Of a DNA stretch of 64,000 bases, positions 42,382 through 51,266 are shown piece by piece. The notes under the pieces were generated by a model, which saw only the letters and a list, made by a program, of their open reading frames with translations, was not told where the DNA came from and ran no database searches. The first letter of the stretch is position 1. Every line of letters begins with the position of its first letter. A program made the position numbers and the translations under genes. Origin of the DNA: Candidatus Aminicenantes bacterium (lineage in GTDB: Bacteria > Acidobacteriota > Aminicenantia > UBA2199); assembly GCA_963770755.1 (NCBI GenBank), contig CAVYQZ010000010.1:807251-871250 (forward strand). The letters are read 5' to 3'.

Positions 42382-44127
42382 CTATGGTTTGTTGGCCCTG
42401 CGCCCGGAAAGGGTAAATTTTTGCGCTTCGGTTTTGATGCTTTCCTTGCCCTCACTGGAGACCGCCGTGAGGGCGTAGTCATACTGGGTTTGCTGCCGAA
42501 TCTCGGGGGAGTGATCCTCACAGGACGTAGCGTTCGCATCGAGGGTTTTCCACAATATGAAGCTGCCCGCGGATTGTTCGCGCTGCTTGCGGTATATATT
42601 ATATGATTGCACCGTGATCTGCCGTTCGGCATTGACCGGGTTGGGCGACCAAGAGATCCGGTTATACGCATAAAATTCGTTCCCGAGGTTGTCAACGCCC
42701 CGCACGGTATAATCGTAGATATCCTCTTGGGACACGCCGTTGCGGTCGATATATGACAGCACCGAAGGATCGACCTCGGCCAGGAATGCCCACGTATTGG
42801 ATGTTTTTAATTTGCGATAGATGCGATACACAGCGAGACTCATGTTCCAGTCCTTCCAGCTGCTGTCCTCTGTCCAGCTGACTTTCCAAAAGTACTGAAT
42901 GGTGAAGAGATTGCGGTTGAGGATTAATTCGGATTTCAGGTCGGGCGGCGTCAGCACAACGTTCCGGTAATCGGCTGCGACATTGAGCGGAGGCAAAATA
43001 CCGCTACTGGGCATCGGCGGGGTGGCATCCAGCGGTTCAAAAATACTGACGAAGACATCATTGCCTTCGGTCCAGGCGGCGACTGCACCGACCGAGAAAC
43101 TGAAATCGATATGAGGATGATAGCAGCTGTAACTGTTGGTCAGGGCCACAGCATCTCCTACTGTCCCATCCCTGACGATGCGATAAATAATGTTGTAACC
43201 TACATCGCGATATATGTAAAGGAAGCCGTCATCCCCATAGGGGCAGGCTGAGGAAAAATAAAGATCGTGATCGTGATGGTCGCCGAAGTCGCTGATGTTC
43301 TGCGGGTTTTGCCAACCGTTGTTCAATCGGTACACAGACCAGTAACTGGAACCTTGAAGAAAATAAAAGCAGGAGAGGATGTCGTTCTTTTGATTGACCG
43401 CCACCACGGGGCGGAATGTCCAGGCATTGAGGTTGTCGATCGCCTGCGGCTGGGTCCAGCTGCCGTCGCCCCGGTCGTTGCATATCATCGTTGCAAAAAA
43501 ATCCGTATTGTTTATCCAAAGATTGTTCTGAAAAACGAGATAGATCTCTCCGTTCGGGCCGCCGGCCAGATCACAATATTTCGAGCTGAATTCCGTATTC
43601 GATACATTCACCGGACCGGTCCAGCTGTTTTGGAACGTGTTTACAAAGATTTGCAGTTGGGTCGGGTTCCCCACCATCCAGCCAACGGCGATGCGTCCGT
43701 TGCTGGTGGTGGTGATGGCCGGGAAGCTCAATTGATACCCGCCGTTCTGGGAAACGGTGATCGGGGTTGTCCATGAATCCTGGTATTGGGAGAAGCGAAT
43801 ACAGGACAATGTCAGGTCGTGCCAGGCAGCGACGAATCCGCCGTTCACCCCCTTGGCGATGCAGGGATACGCGTTGTTGCCGGATTGCCCAGGGATGGCG
43901 GCTGGGGTCGACCATTGGCCGTTGCGGCGGATGGAAAAATATACGAGCTGGCTTCTGTCCGAGAAGCGCTCGATCCAAACGGCGCCGATTTCACCCGCTG
44001 AATTGACGGTAACGCCGACGTCGACTGATGCATACGAAGAATTCGAAATATTCTCCGCATCCCCAAAAGCGACCACGGCGCAAAATAAGACCAACATTAA
44101 AAAAATGCAATAGGTTCGCCAGCGCAT
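42382..44127 (-). CDS. Secreted protein with BNR-like beta-propeller repeats and C-terminal FN3-like domains
   Basis: Signal peptide MRWRTYCIFLMLVLFCAVVAFG, with the ATG at 44125-44127. A recurring G/S-W-S/T-x-P motif appears about every 50 aa. C-terminal FN3-like segments match the Y-x-Y-x-V pattern (YDYTVRGVDNLGNE, YDYALTAVSSEGKE). Confidence 0.65.
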   Translation of the reverse strand: MRWRTYCIFLMLVLFCAVVAFGDAENISNSSYASVDVGVTVNSAGEIGAVWIERFSDRSQLVYFSIRRNGQWSTPAAIPGQSGNNAYPCIAKGVNGGFVAAWHDLTLSCIRFSQYQDSWTTPITVSQNGGYQLSFPAITTTSNGRIAVGWMVGNPTQLQIFVNTFQNSWTGPVNVSNTEFSSKYCDLAGGPNGEIYLVFQNNLWINNTDFFATMICNDRGDGSWTQPQAIDNLNAWTFRPVVAVNQKNDILSCFYFLQGSSYWSVYRLNNGWQNPQNISDFGDHHDHDLYFSSACPYGDDGFLYIYRDVGYNIIYRIVRDGTVGDAVALTNSYSCYHPHIDFSFSVGAVAAWTEGNDVFVSIFEPLDATPPMPSSGILPPLNVAADYRNVVLTPPDLKSELILNRNLFTIQYFWKVSWTEDSSWKDWNMSLAVYRIYRKLKTSNTWAFLAEVDPSVLSYIDRNGVSQEDIYDYTVRGVDNLGNEFYAYNRISWSPNPVNAERQITVQSYNIYRKQREQSAGSFILWKTLDANATSCEDHSPEIRQQTQYDYALTAVSSEGKESIKTEAQKFTLSGRRANKP

Positions 44128-44266
44128 GAGTGAACTGTAATATTTTCGGCAGCATTTGTCAAGAACGGAACTGAACGGGATTCGAACGAGAGTTGACAAG
44201 TGCAACGATTTGTGCGAAAATTCTAACCCTATCAAGATTATTGTCGAATGAAATATTGGAGGATTC

Positions 44267-45976
44267 ATGATGAACTTTAAAAAGATCGGGTTGATTGTAC
44301 TGATGATGGCCGTATTGCTGATAGCTGCTGCAGGTGTTTTGCGGGCCGAGGATAACGCCGAAGTTCCGGTGACACCTTGTCCAAAAAAAGTGTCCGTGGT
44401 CGTAGATATGCTCAAGCCCACGATTTTTATGGAATACCGGTATTTCAGCGCTCAAGGCCAGGCCGAAATCGTTGCCGTCAAAAGCCCGGTCAGCGGATTG
44501 CTTTCAGAAATCATGGTCAGCGAAGGCAGCCTGGTGGATGCAGATCAGGAACTGGCTGTCATGAATGCCGGGATGAGCGAAGAAATAAAGAAGCTTGAAG
44601 CGGCAGCCGCCAAGGCTAAAAAAATCCTGACTGACCGGCAGAATTGGAAGGAAAAAAGCGAGCAGGCCATAAGAAACGCGGAAAAGGATTATCAAAAAGC
44701 CCTGGACCTGCTGAATGAAAAGAAGGCGCAAGCCGGCCAGATAGTCAAGGCACCCCTGGCCGGGATCGTTCACCTGGTCATGGCTCCCGGAACTGAAACC
44801 GAGGCGGGTGCCCTGCTGATGGAAATTTCCAATCCAAAACGGATGGTTTTCCAGGCTCCCCTGGCCGGTTCTGACCTGGGTTCATTGAAGGTCGGGGAAA
44901 AATTCATTGGCATGACCGAAGGAAGCGAGAGCCAAGTCGAGGCTAATGTTGTTGCCGTCAGCGATCATATGGTCTGTTTCGGAGTGGACAATGAAGACAA
45001 TCAGGTCAAAGATGGCGACACGTTCACTTTTAAGAAATTCATTGCCGAGCATGCCGATGCTATTGTCATTCCCAGCGACGCCATTCAGAAAGACAAACAG
45101 GGTGATTTTGTCTACGTGGCCGAAAAAAAGAAAGCCAAGAAAGTGTATGTGACCCTTGGGGCCGTGACCATGGATAAGACCATGGTTGTCAAGGGCCTGG
45201 ATACGGACGTGATGCTCGTAGTCTCCGGATTGGACTGCCTGGCTGAAGGCAAGAAAATCCGTATTGTCAACCGCGAAGAGTTGGCCAGGGAGCAAGTTGA
45301 AGTTCAGGTCAAGGAAAAGGAGAAACCCGCAGTCAAAAAAGATAAAAAAACAGCGAAACCTGAAAAGCCGGCGAAAATAGTGGACGAAGCGGAAACAATC
45401 GGTCAAGCCAGGCAAAACCGCTATATGATTGGGTTGACTTTTGAACGCTTCACCATCAATGACAAGAATTTTCGTGATTTCTATAGCAACCGTTTCAAAC
45501 ATATCCCTGGGCTTGAATTTTCGTACCAGGCTGTCGATAAAATAGATGTGTGGGCCGCAGCCCGGCTTTACACCGACAAGCAAACCACTGAATTTTATGA
45601 GGACACGGTTTCTTTCACCCTGATTCCTTTTTCACTCGGCGCACGTTTCCGCCCGGTGAAAATGGGCTCCTTTGAGCCGTTCGTTGGCGCCGGCTTCAAT
45701 GTTTATTACTATGGAGAATCAATCAGTGGTTCATCCGGGCTGGAAAATACCAGTGGCTTGGCGTTCGGCTTGCATTTTCAAGGCGGTTCTTATTTCTATT
45801 TCGGCCCTTCCTTCCTGAGAAGTATTTTCCAGAAACACAACCGTTCCTTGCTGGGAGAAATCTTCGTAAAATACAACATCATCAGCAAAACCCTGTCCGA
45901 ATTGCTTCCGGACGGTACCGACAAGTTTGACCTCGGTGGCATTGAGATCGGCCTCGGTATTGTCGTAAAATTCTAG
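44267..45976 (+). CDS. Membrane-fusion-protein (HlyD-family periplasmic adaptor) fused to a C-terminal outer-membrane beta-barrel-like domain
   Basis: Signal or anchor, a biotin-lipoyl-like half, a coiled coil, a second lipoyl half, then beta-barrel and MP domains (VIPSDAIQKDKQGDFVYV ... VKGLDTDVMLVVSGLDCLAEGKKIRIV). A K/E/P-rich linker leads to about 190 aa of alternating amphipathic strands ending GIVVKF with a terminal Phe. Confidence 0.6.
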   Translation: MMNFKKIGLIVLMMAVLLIAAAGVLRAEDNAEVPVTPCPKKVSVVVDMLKPTIFMEYRYFSAQGQAEIVAVKSPVSGLLSEIMVSEGSLVDADQELAVMNAGMSEEIKKLEAAAAKAKKILTDRQNWKEKSEQAIRNAEKDYQKALDLLNEKKAQAGQIVKAPLAGIVHLVMAPGTETEAGALLMEISNPKRMVFQAPLAGSDLGSLKVGEKFIGMTEGSESQVEANVVAVSDHMVCFGVDNEDNQVKDGDTFTFKKFIAEHADAIVIPSDAIQKDKQGDFVYVAEKKKAKKVYVTLGAVTMDKTMVVKGLDTDVMLVVSGLDCLAEGKKIRIVNREELAREQVEVQVKEKEKPAVKKDKKTAKPEKPAKIVDEAETIGQARQNRYMIGLTFERFTINDKNFRDFYSNRFKHIPGLEFSYQAVDKIDVWAAARLYTDKQTTEFYEDTVSFTLIPFSLGARFRPVKMGSFEPFVGAGFNVYYYGESISGSSGLENTSGLAFGLHFQGGSYFYFGPSFLRSIFQKHNRSLLGEIFVKYNIISKTLSELLPDGTDKFDLGGIEIGLGIVVKF

Positions 45977-46267
45977 CAAAACCGGATCAGGACGAATATT
46001 GTTTGAAGCCCCGGGCCCTGCACCGAACCATTTGTAGCTAGAGAAACGGATTTCGCGAGACAGGCCCGGCGGGCCATTTTAGTACTGGCATTTGTTTTTC
46101 AAAGCTCATTTTGATTCGCGATTAATTCGCTGCCCCTGGCGTTGCAAATATTCCGGAATACCCATAAAATCATCGTATGAATAAAATTGTTTTTCATGGA
46201 ATCTCGGTCCGGGGAAATCACTCAATTCACGTGATGGTTCCGCTCCAGCGCTCATTTTGGGAATGAG

Positions 46268-47236
46268 ATGCAGGCACTCGTAACCGGCGCCACGGGATTC
46301 ATCGGCAGCCATCTGGTCCGCGCATTGAAGACCGGCGGTTGGGATGTGCGTGTTTTTGTCCATGAAACACCCTTGGCTGACGTGTCGGGCCTTGAATCCT
46401 GGGTTGGAGATATTCGCGATGCGGCCGTTCTGGAAAAAGCCATGGCCGGTGTGGATGTCGTTTTTCACCTGGCTGCCGCCGTCGGATCGGTGGTCAGAGA
46501 ACCGCATGCTTTTCGGGAGGTCAACCTGGAAGGTTCCAGGGTGCTGCTCGCTGCGGCGCGCAAGGCCGGGGTCGGGCGCGTGGTCCATTTCAGCTCCATT
46601 GGGGTGTTGGGGGCTGTCAAGGCCGGGGAAACGGCTGCGGAAGACTATCTTCCCGCTCCAAAAACCCTATATGACAAGACAAAGTTTGCAGCCGAGGAAG
46701 CCGCCCGCCTGGCGGCGGCAAACGGGCTTGACGTGGTTATTATCCGCCCGGGTTGGGTTTATGGCCCCGGTGATCGGCGGACGTACAAGTTCATCCGTGC
46801 CGTCTGCAAGCGCAAGTTCGCCCTGGTCAGGGGCGCGCCGGGCAGCCAAACCCCGGTTTACATCGATGACTTGATAGCCGGGACCCTCCTCGTTGCCGCC
46901 AAAGGAAAACCGGGATCGGTGTATCATCTGGCCGGAAACGAGATTCTGACCGCTGACGAAATGGCGCGCGCGGTCGCATCGGCCTGCGGGGTCGGGTCCC
47001 CGCGGCTCAAATTGCCGAAGTGGCCCACGATGGCAGCGGCCTTCGTTCTCGAGAAAATTTTCGCCATGGTTAAAAAAGAAGCTTTTCTCAACCGCGGCAA
47101 GCTCTCCTTCTTTCTTGACCCGAAGGCGATGTCTTCCTCCCGGGCCAAAAACGAGCTTGGGTATGGCCCGCAGATGGGATTTCATCGGGGAATCGCGCTG
47201 ACTGTGGATTGGTACCGGAACAACGGTTGGCTTTGA
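46268..47236 (+). CDS. NAD-dependent epimerase/dehydratase (SDR family)
   Basis: MQALVTGATGFIGSHLVRAL Rossmann motif; 322 aa. Confidence 0.85.
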   Translation: MQALVTGATGFIGSHLVRALKTGGWDVRVFVHETPLADVSGLESWVGDIRDAAVLEKAMAGVDVVFHLAAAVGSVVREPHAFREVNLEGSRVLLAAARKAGVGRVVHFSSIGVLGAVKAGETAAEDYLPAPKTLYDKTKFAAEEAARLAAANGLDVVIIRPGWVYGPGDRRTYKFIRAVCKRKFALVRGAPGSQTPVYIDDLIAGTLLVAAKGKPGSVYHLAGNEILTADEMARAVASACGVGSPRLKLPKWPTMAAAFVLEKIFAMVKKEAFLNRGKLSFFLDPKAMSSSRAKNELGYGPQMGFHRGIALTVDWYRNNGWL

Positions 47237-47248
47237 TGGGGACGGAAC

Positions 47249-47494
47249 TCAACTTCCGCTGACTGGTTCGTTGCGTCGGTTTTGGAATTTCAGGACCCGG
47301 GCGCCGCGGGCAAAGGCATACTCGGCAAGGGGGCTGGAAACGACGGAGCCGGCGCCGACGACCGAATGTGCACCGATGGTCACTCCGTCAAGGACGATCA
47401 CGCCGGCCTATGAAGATATCCCTGTACTCACCGCCCAGGGATTTTTTTCCGTCACCGAGCTCTTTTTGTATGCTTCCGAAAACATCCTTGGCCA
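47249..47494 (-). pseudogene. Remnant of an LbH acetyltransferase gene (paralogue of 28557-29300) with an internal out-of-frame deletion of about 480 bp
   Basis: The N-terminal 30 codons (VAKDVFGSIQKELGDGKKSLGGEYRDIF, with the start mutated from ATG to GTG) are joined directly to the C-terminal 45 codons (GAHSVVGAGSVVSSPLAEYAFARGARVLKFQ). Nucleotide similarity to the intact copy is high on both sides of the junction. Confidence 0.6.
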
Positions 47495-47521
47495 CGGTCA
47501 ACTCATTGGGGCGCCGAATTG

Positions 47522-47600
47522 ACGGCCGCGCATCATGATGCAACGGCCGATTCTTATTTTGAAAGCCCGCAAATCGTCAAGGGCTATGATAAGCAATATT
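47522..47600 (+). pseudogene. 3' fragment of an SxtJ-like gene (last 25 codons only)
   Basis: ...ASRHDATADSYFESPQIVKGYDKQY-stop aligns to the C-terminus of 31356-31748 (ASRYDKAASSYFENPQTAQGYEKQY). It abuts the acetyltransferase remnant. Confidence 0.5.
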
Positions 47601-47615
47601 AATTTTGGAGAATAA

Positions 47616-47774
47616 AATGGCCAAAATGGGCGTATTGAAAGAACTTTGGGATTTCATTAAGCATAATAAAAAATTCTGGTTGATCCCGGTAATCGTGATC
47701 CTGGTTTTACTCGGACTGTTGATCTTTCTTTCGGCCGGGAGCCCCTTCGCCCCGTTTATTTACACCCTTTTTTA
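47616..47774 (+). CDS. DUF5989-like 52-aa hydrophobic protein, second copy
   Basis: MAKMGVLKELWDFIKHNKKFWLIPVIVILVLLGLLIFLSAGSPFAPFIYTLF, differing from the 31765 copy at 3 of 52 residues. The conserved RBS is TTGGAGAATAAAATG. Coordinates are accurate to about one nucleotide. Confidence 0.55.
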
Positions 47775-47990
47775 AGGGCTTCGGGCAGAGCGCACGTCAA
47801 TCCATGCTCGTCTTGCTGGCAAAGCCTTGCCTGCCGCCGGGGTATGTCTCTGAACGCGATTGACGGCCCAATTGTTCAAGAAAACGGGGTCGCACTTTTT
47901 GCCGCCGAATCTGAAGTGGGAGGCAGGCTTTCCTTTATGATAGAAATATGGTAAAATAAATTCCTTTCTAATTGCAGTATCAGGAGGACA

Positions 47991-49514
47991 ATGATGCTAA
48001 AGAAATGCATGTTTGGATTGATTTTAATTTTATTTGCCTTTTCCTGTTTGACCGCGCAAGAAACGGTCACTGTATATCCCGTACCCAAGATCAATAATTC
48101 AAGCGATGAGGCCCCTTCGATTGCCGCCAATCGCCAGGGCGACATCATGGTCATCTATCGCAATTCCGTTGAAGGAGCCATGTATTATTATAGAAAACAT
48201 GGAACGAGCGATTGGGTCGGACCCGCACCCATTCCCAACCAGCCTTATGGCAAGGGCTGGGGATCGGATATTTATAATACGGATGTCGGTGTCACCAGGA
48301 ACGGTAATTTTCATGTCATGTGGGGCATTATCGAGGGTTCTCCCGCGGGGTTGTATTATGCTGTCTTTGATATCGTGGCCGGAACGTGGTCAGCCGTCGA
48401 ATACGTTTTGCCCAGTGGTCAAAGAATGGAAGACCTTTCCATGGGAGTCAATCCCAAAACCGATGATGTCATCCTCAGTTGGACTTGGGTTATGGGTATC
48501 GAAAAGGATGAGTTTATCAAAGTCAAGGGTGCCGATGGTTGGGAAGACAGCAAAAATATTTCCAACGGACCGATTGGTGATACCAATCCCAAGCTTGGTT
48601 TTGATGAAGATGGACGCACCTATTTGGTGCATAAAACCGATCGTCTCCGAAGTGGCGGCAATCCCAATGTGGATGGGGATTGGGAACTGGTTATCCGCCT
48701 CCACTGGCTGGATGAAAATAATCACTATAGTACCATTTGGAAGGACGAAGTTACCTGGAATTACCCGGGCTGGCACTTCCTGCCTTCCGTTGCCGGACTC
48801 AAGGGCGGTCAAGGCATGGTTGCCTTTGCTTGGCCAAATCGCCGCGGTTATTTTTATGTGTCCTTCGATGCCAATTCAAACACGAGTGAAATTGAATTCG
48901 ATCCCACCATTCTCGAAGATTGCCAGATTGCCCCTTGTCCCGTCATCCCCTGGTACGAGTATCATTCCTTGATCCTTCCTTATGTGGATGAATACATTTT
49001 TACCTATAAATCGCCTGCTCTTTCTATAGAAATGATGCGCTTCAAGGATGGAGAATGGCAAGGTGCCCCCATCAATTTGTGTGATGGCTATTCAAGCACG
49101 TGGCCGTATGATACCTACGTCCAACCCAGTGTCGGTGTGCTGTCAGCTTGGGCCGATCGTGCTGACGACAAAAAGGTTTATTTTTCCATTTATGACTACA
49201 AAAAAACTGTTGTTATGCAACCGCTTAACTTTGATGTCGTGCATGGCCAGGAACGGAGTTTCTTCAGCAGCTATTATCTTTATAAGCTCACCTGGGAGAA
49301 CGATCCCCTCAATCAGGAAAATGACGTCACCATCGCTTCGTTTAATATTTATCGCAAGGCGAAAACAACCGGCAATTATGAAAAAATTGCTGACGTTCCG
49401 GCGGACACATTTACTTATGTGGATCGCGACAATGTCAGTGCTGCAGATAATTATGATTATGCGGTAAGCGCCGTAGACAACGAAGGCAATGAAAGCGGAT
49501 TGGCTGTAAAATAG
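47991..49514 (+). CDS. Secreted beta-propeller-like protein with C-terminal FN3-like domain (distant paralogue of 42382-44127)
   Basis: Signal peptide MMLKKCMFGLILILFAFSCLTAQE, then the same W-x-x-P repeat pattern as 42382-44127. The C-terminal FN3-like domain is NIYRKAKTTGNYEKIADVPADTFTYVDRDNVSAADNYDYAVSAVDNEGNES. Confidence 0.65.
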   Translation: MMLKKCMFGLILILFAFSCLTAQETVTVYPVPKINNSSDEAPSIAANRQGDIMVIYRNSVEGAMYYYRKHGTSDWVGPAPIPNQPYGKGWGSDIYNTDVGVTRNGNFHVMWGIIEGSPAGLYYAVFDIVAGTWSAVEYVLPSGQRMEDLSMGVNPKTDDVILSWTWVMGIEKDEFIKVKGADGWEDSKNISNGPIGDTNPKLGFDEDGRTYLVHKTDRLRSGGNPNVDGDWELVIRLHWLDENNHYSTIWKDEVTWNYPGWHFLPSVAGLKGGQGMVAFAWPNRRGYFYVSFDANSNTSEIEFDPTILEDCQIAPCPVIPWYEYHSLILPYVDEYIFTYKSPALSIEMMRFKDGEWQGAPINLCDGYSSTWPYDTYVQPSVGVLSAWADRADDKKVYFSIYDYKKTVVMQPLNFDVVHGQERSFFSSYYLYKLTWENDPLNQENDVTIASFNIYRKAKTTGNYEKIADVPADTFTYVDRDNVSAADNYDYAVSAVDNEGNESGLAVK

Positions 49515-49569
49515 GGACCTGCTATCGGCGCAAAATTTACTTTCGGGAAAAAGCTATGTTTTTTAGTGA

Positions 49570-51156
49570 ATGGAGGGAAATCCTCTGTGTGAAAAAATGC
49601 AGGTCAGCGTACGTCCTTGGTTCTCTTGGAAAAATGTAAAGCCGGTACCGATCGTCGTTGTTCTTTTTCTTTCGGTATTTGTCGCCTATTGGAAATCATT
49701 CGCTGTAGCTTTCCTCTCCGACGATTATATCGCCATCACCGATCTTTCCGGTTGGTTTGGGTTTCATTCCAGCTATTTTTTCCGGCCAGTGGTTCAATAT
49801 TATTTTCTGGCCATGAAAACGATTTTTGGACCGCAGCCATGGGTGTTCCATTTTTTCAACCTTTTTTTCCATGCGCTGAATGCCATGCTGGTGTTCTCCA
49901 TCTGCGGTCGTTTGCTCAAAAAATCCGAACAGCGGAAAAGTAGCCCGGAAGAAAATCTTTTGGCAGGCAGTCTGGCCATGGCCTTTGCTTTAAATTATTC
50001 ACTTTCCGAGTCGGTCTACTGGATCGCCTGCATCACCTCGCTCCTGGAAGCGTTTTTTATTCTTCTGGTTTGTTATTTTTATCTCCGTTTTCTCAATTCA
50101 CGGCGTGGCCGCTTTCTTTTCATTGCCATCGTCCTTTTCAGCTTTGGACTTGGAGCCAAAGAGGGAGTATTCCTGCTTGTAGGGATCATTCCAATGCTGG
50201 CCCTGATCTATGAATTTCGGCTTCCCCGGCGGTATATCCTGTTTTCCTGGCTAGGATTTTGGTCTGTGGGCGCAGTCTATCTGGTTATCGTACAAAGGGT
50301 GCTGCGGTTGACCAGCCAACCTACCGTCTATGCCTATAGCTGGGGTTGGTCTTTATTTCGCAACTTGCAGCAATTTTGGCTGTCTCTTATTTATCATACC
50401 CCGTTTAACGATCATAATTTATACCGTACCGAGTTGCGGATGGCCGCGGACAAGGTCCTGGCCGTTCACTTTGATGGGTGGGTTATCCTGGGAGTTCTCG
50501 GGCTAATTTTTCTTGTCTATCTGGCTTGGCGTGGAAATTGGCCGACCCGGGTGGCTTTAGCCATGACCACCTGGGTCATGCTCCCTTTTTCCCTTCCCCA
50601 GCTCGCCCTTTGCGGTTGGTTCCGTTATCCATTCCCCTTCCGAACTTATTATCTGCCGATGCTTTTCTTTGTCTTGCTTTTGGCCATTTTTGTCAGGATG
50701 CGCGGATGGAGCCGTATACGGTCGAAAGCCTTGATCGTTGCCGCACTCCTGATTATCATCGCTGTCGTAGGAGGCTTGCGCACATGGAAGCGTGGTGACG
50801 ACTGGATCGTCGTCGGCCGGCAGTATACCTATGTGCTTTCGAAACTGCAAAAAAAGGTGGCTGCGGTTTTGACGCCCTTGCTCGCCCTGCACATCCATGA
50901 TCCCGAGAGCCGCAACGATTACCGGCGCGGCATTTTTACCAATTTTACTAATGGTTTGTATCCCCTGTTCTATCGAAGGCACATTGATGTCAAGCAGAGC
51001 GATGTCGTGCGCGAACGTCATTTTTCCAGTTATAGCGAGGCCGTGGAAATAACTCCTGAAGAGATGGCGCAGATCCGATCCGGGCAATTGACGGTGCTGG
51101 TTTATTCCGGCCGTCTGGCGCGTTTCCTGATACCTCCAGCCGAGGTCCGGCAATAA
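49570..51156 (+). CDS. Polytopic membrane protein, GT-C-like putative glycosyltransferase
   Basis: About 520 aa with at least 11 TM helices, an acidic first-loop motif FLSDDYIA after TM1, and about 55% GC. The start may be the internal ATG at about 49597. Confidence 0.6.
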   Translation: MEGNPLCEKMQVSVRPWFSWKNVKPVPIVVVLFLSVFVAYWKSFAVAFLSDDYIAITDLSGWFGFHSSYFFRPVVQYYFLAMKTIFGPQPWVFHFFNLFFHALNAMLVFSICGRLLKKSEQRKSSPEENLLAGSLAMAFALNYSLSESVYWIACITSLLEAFFILLVCYFYLRFLNSRRGRFLFIAIVLFSFGLGAKEGVFLLVGIIPMLALIYEFRLPRRYILFSWLGFWSVGAVYLVIVQRVLRLTSQPTVYAYSWGWSLFRNLQQFWLSLIYHTPFNDHNLYRTELRMAADKVLAVHFDGWVILGVLGLIFLVYLAWRGNWPTRVALAMTTWVMLPFSLPQLALCGWFRYPFPFRTYYLPMLFFVLLLAIFVRMRGWSRIRSKALIVAALLIIIAVVGGLRTWKRGDDWIVVGRQYTYVLSKLQKKVAAVLTPLLALHIHDPESRNDYRRGIFTNFTNGLYPLFYRRHIDVKQSDVVRERHFSSYSEAVEITPEEMAQIRSGQLTVLVYSGRLARFLIPPAEVRQ

Positions 51157-51266
51157 AGGACGGCTTTCGCTCCATTTCATTTCCAGCCGGGACGATCTCG
51201 ACCAGGTTCGGGCCTTAACTGGCGGTGTTGTGTCTTTCGAATTTCGATCCGCTGGACAACCTTTCC

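Noticed and set aside
46106..46588. 160-aa minus-strand ORF across the epimerase start
   Set aside because: It overlaps the Rossmann-motif region of a clearly recognisable epimerase on the opposite strand.
47271..47522. 83-aa plus-strand track ORF
   Set aside because: It is the opposite-strand shadow of the degraded acetyltransferase remnant, whose homology lies on the minus strand.
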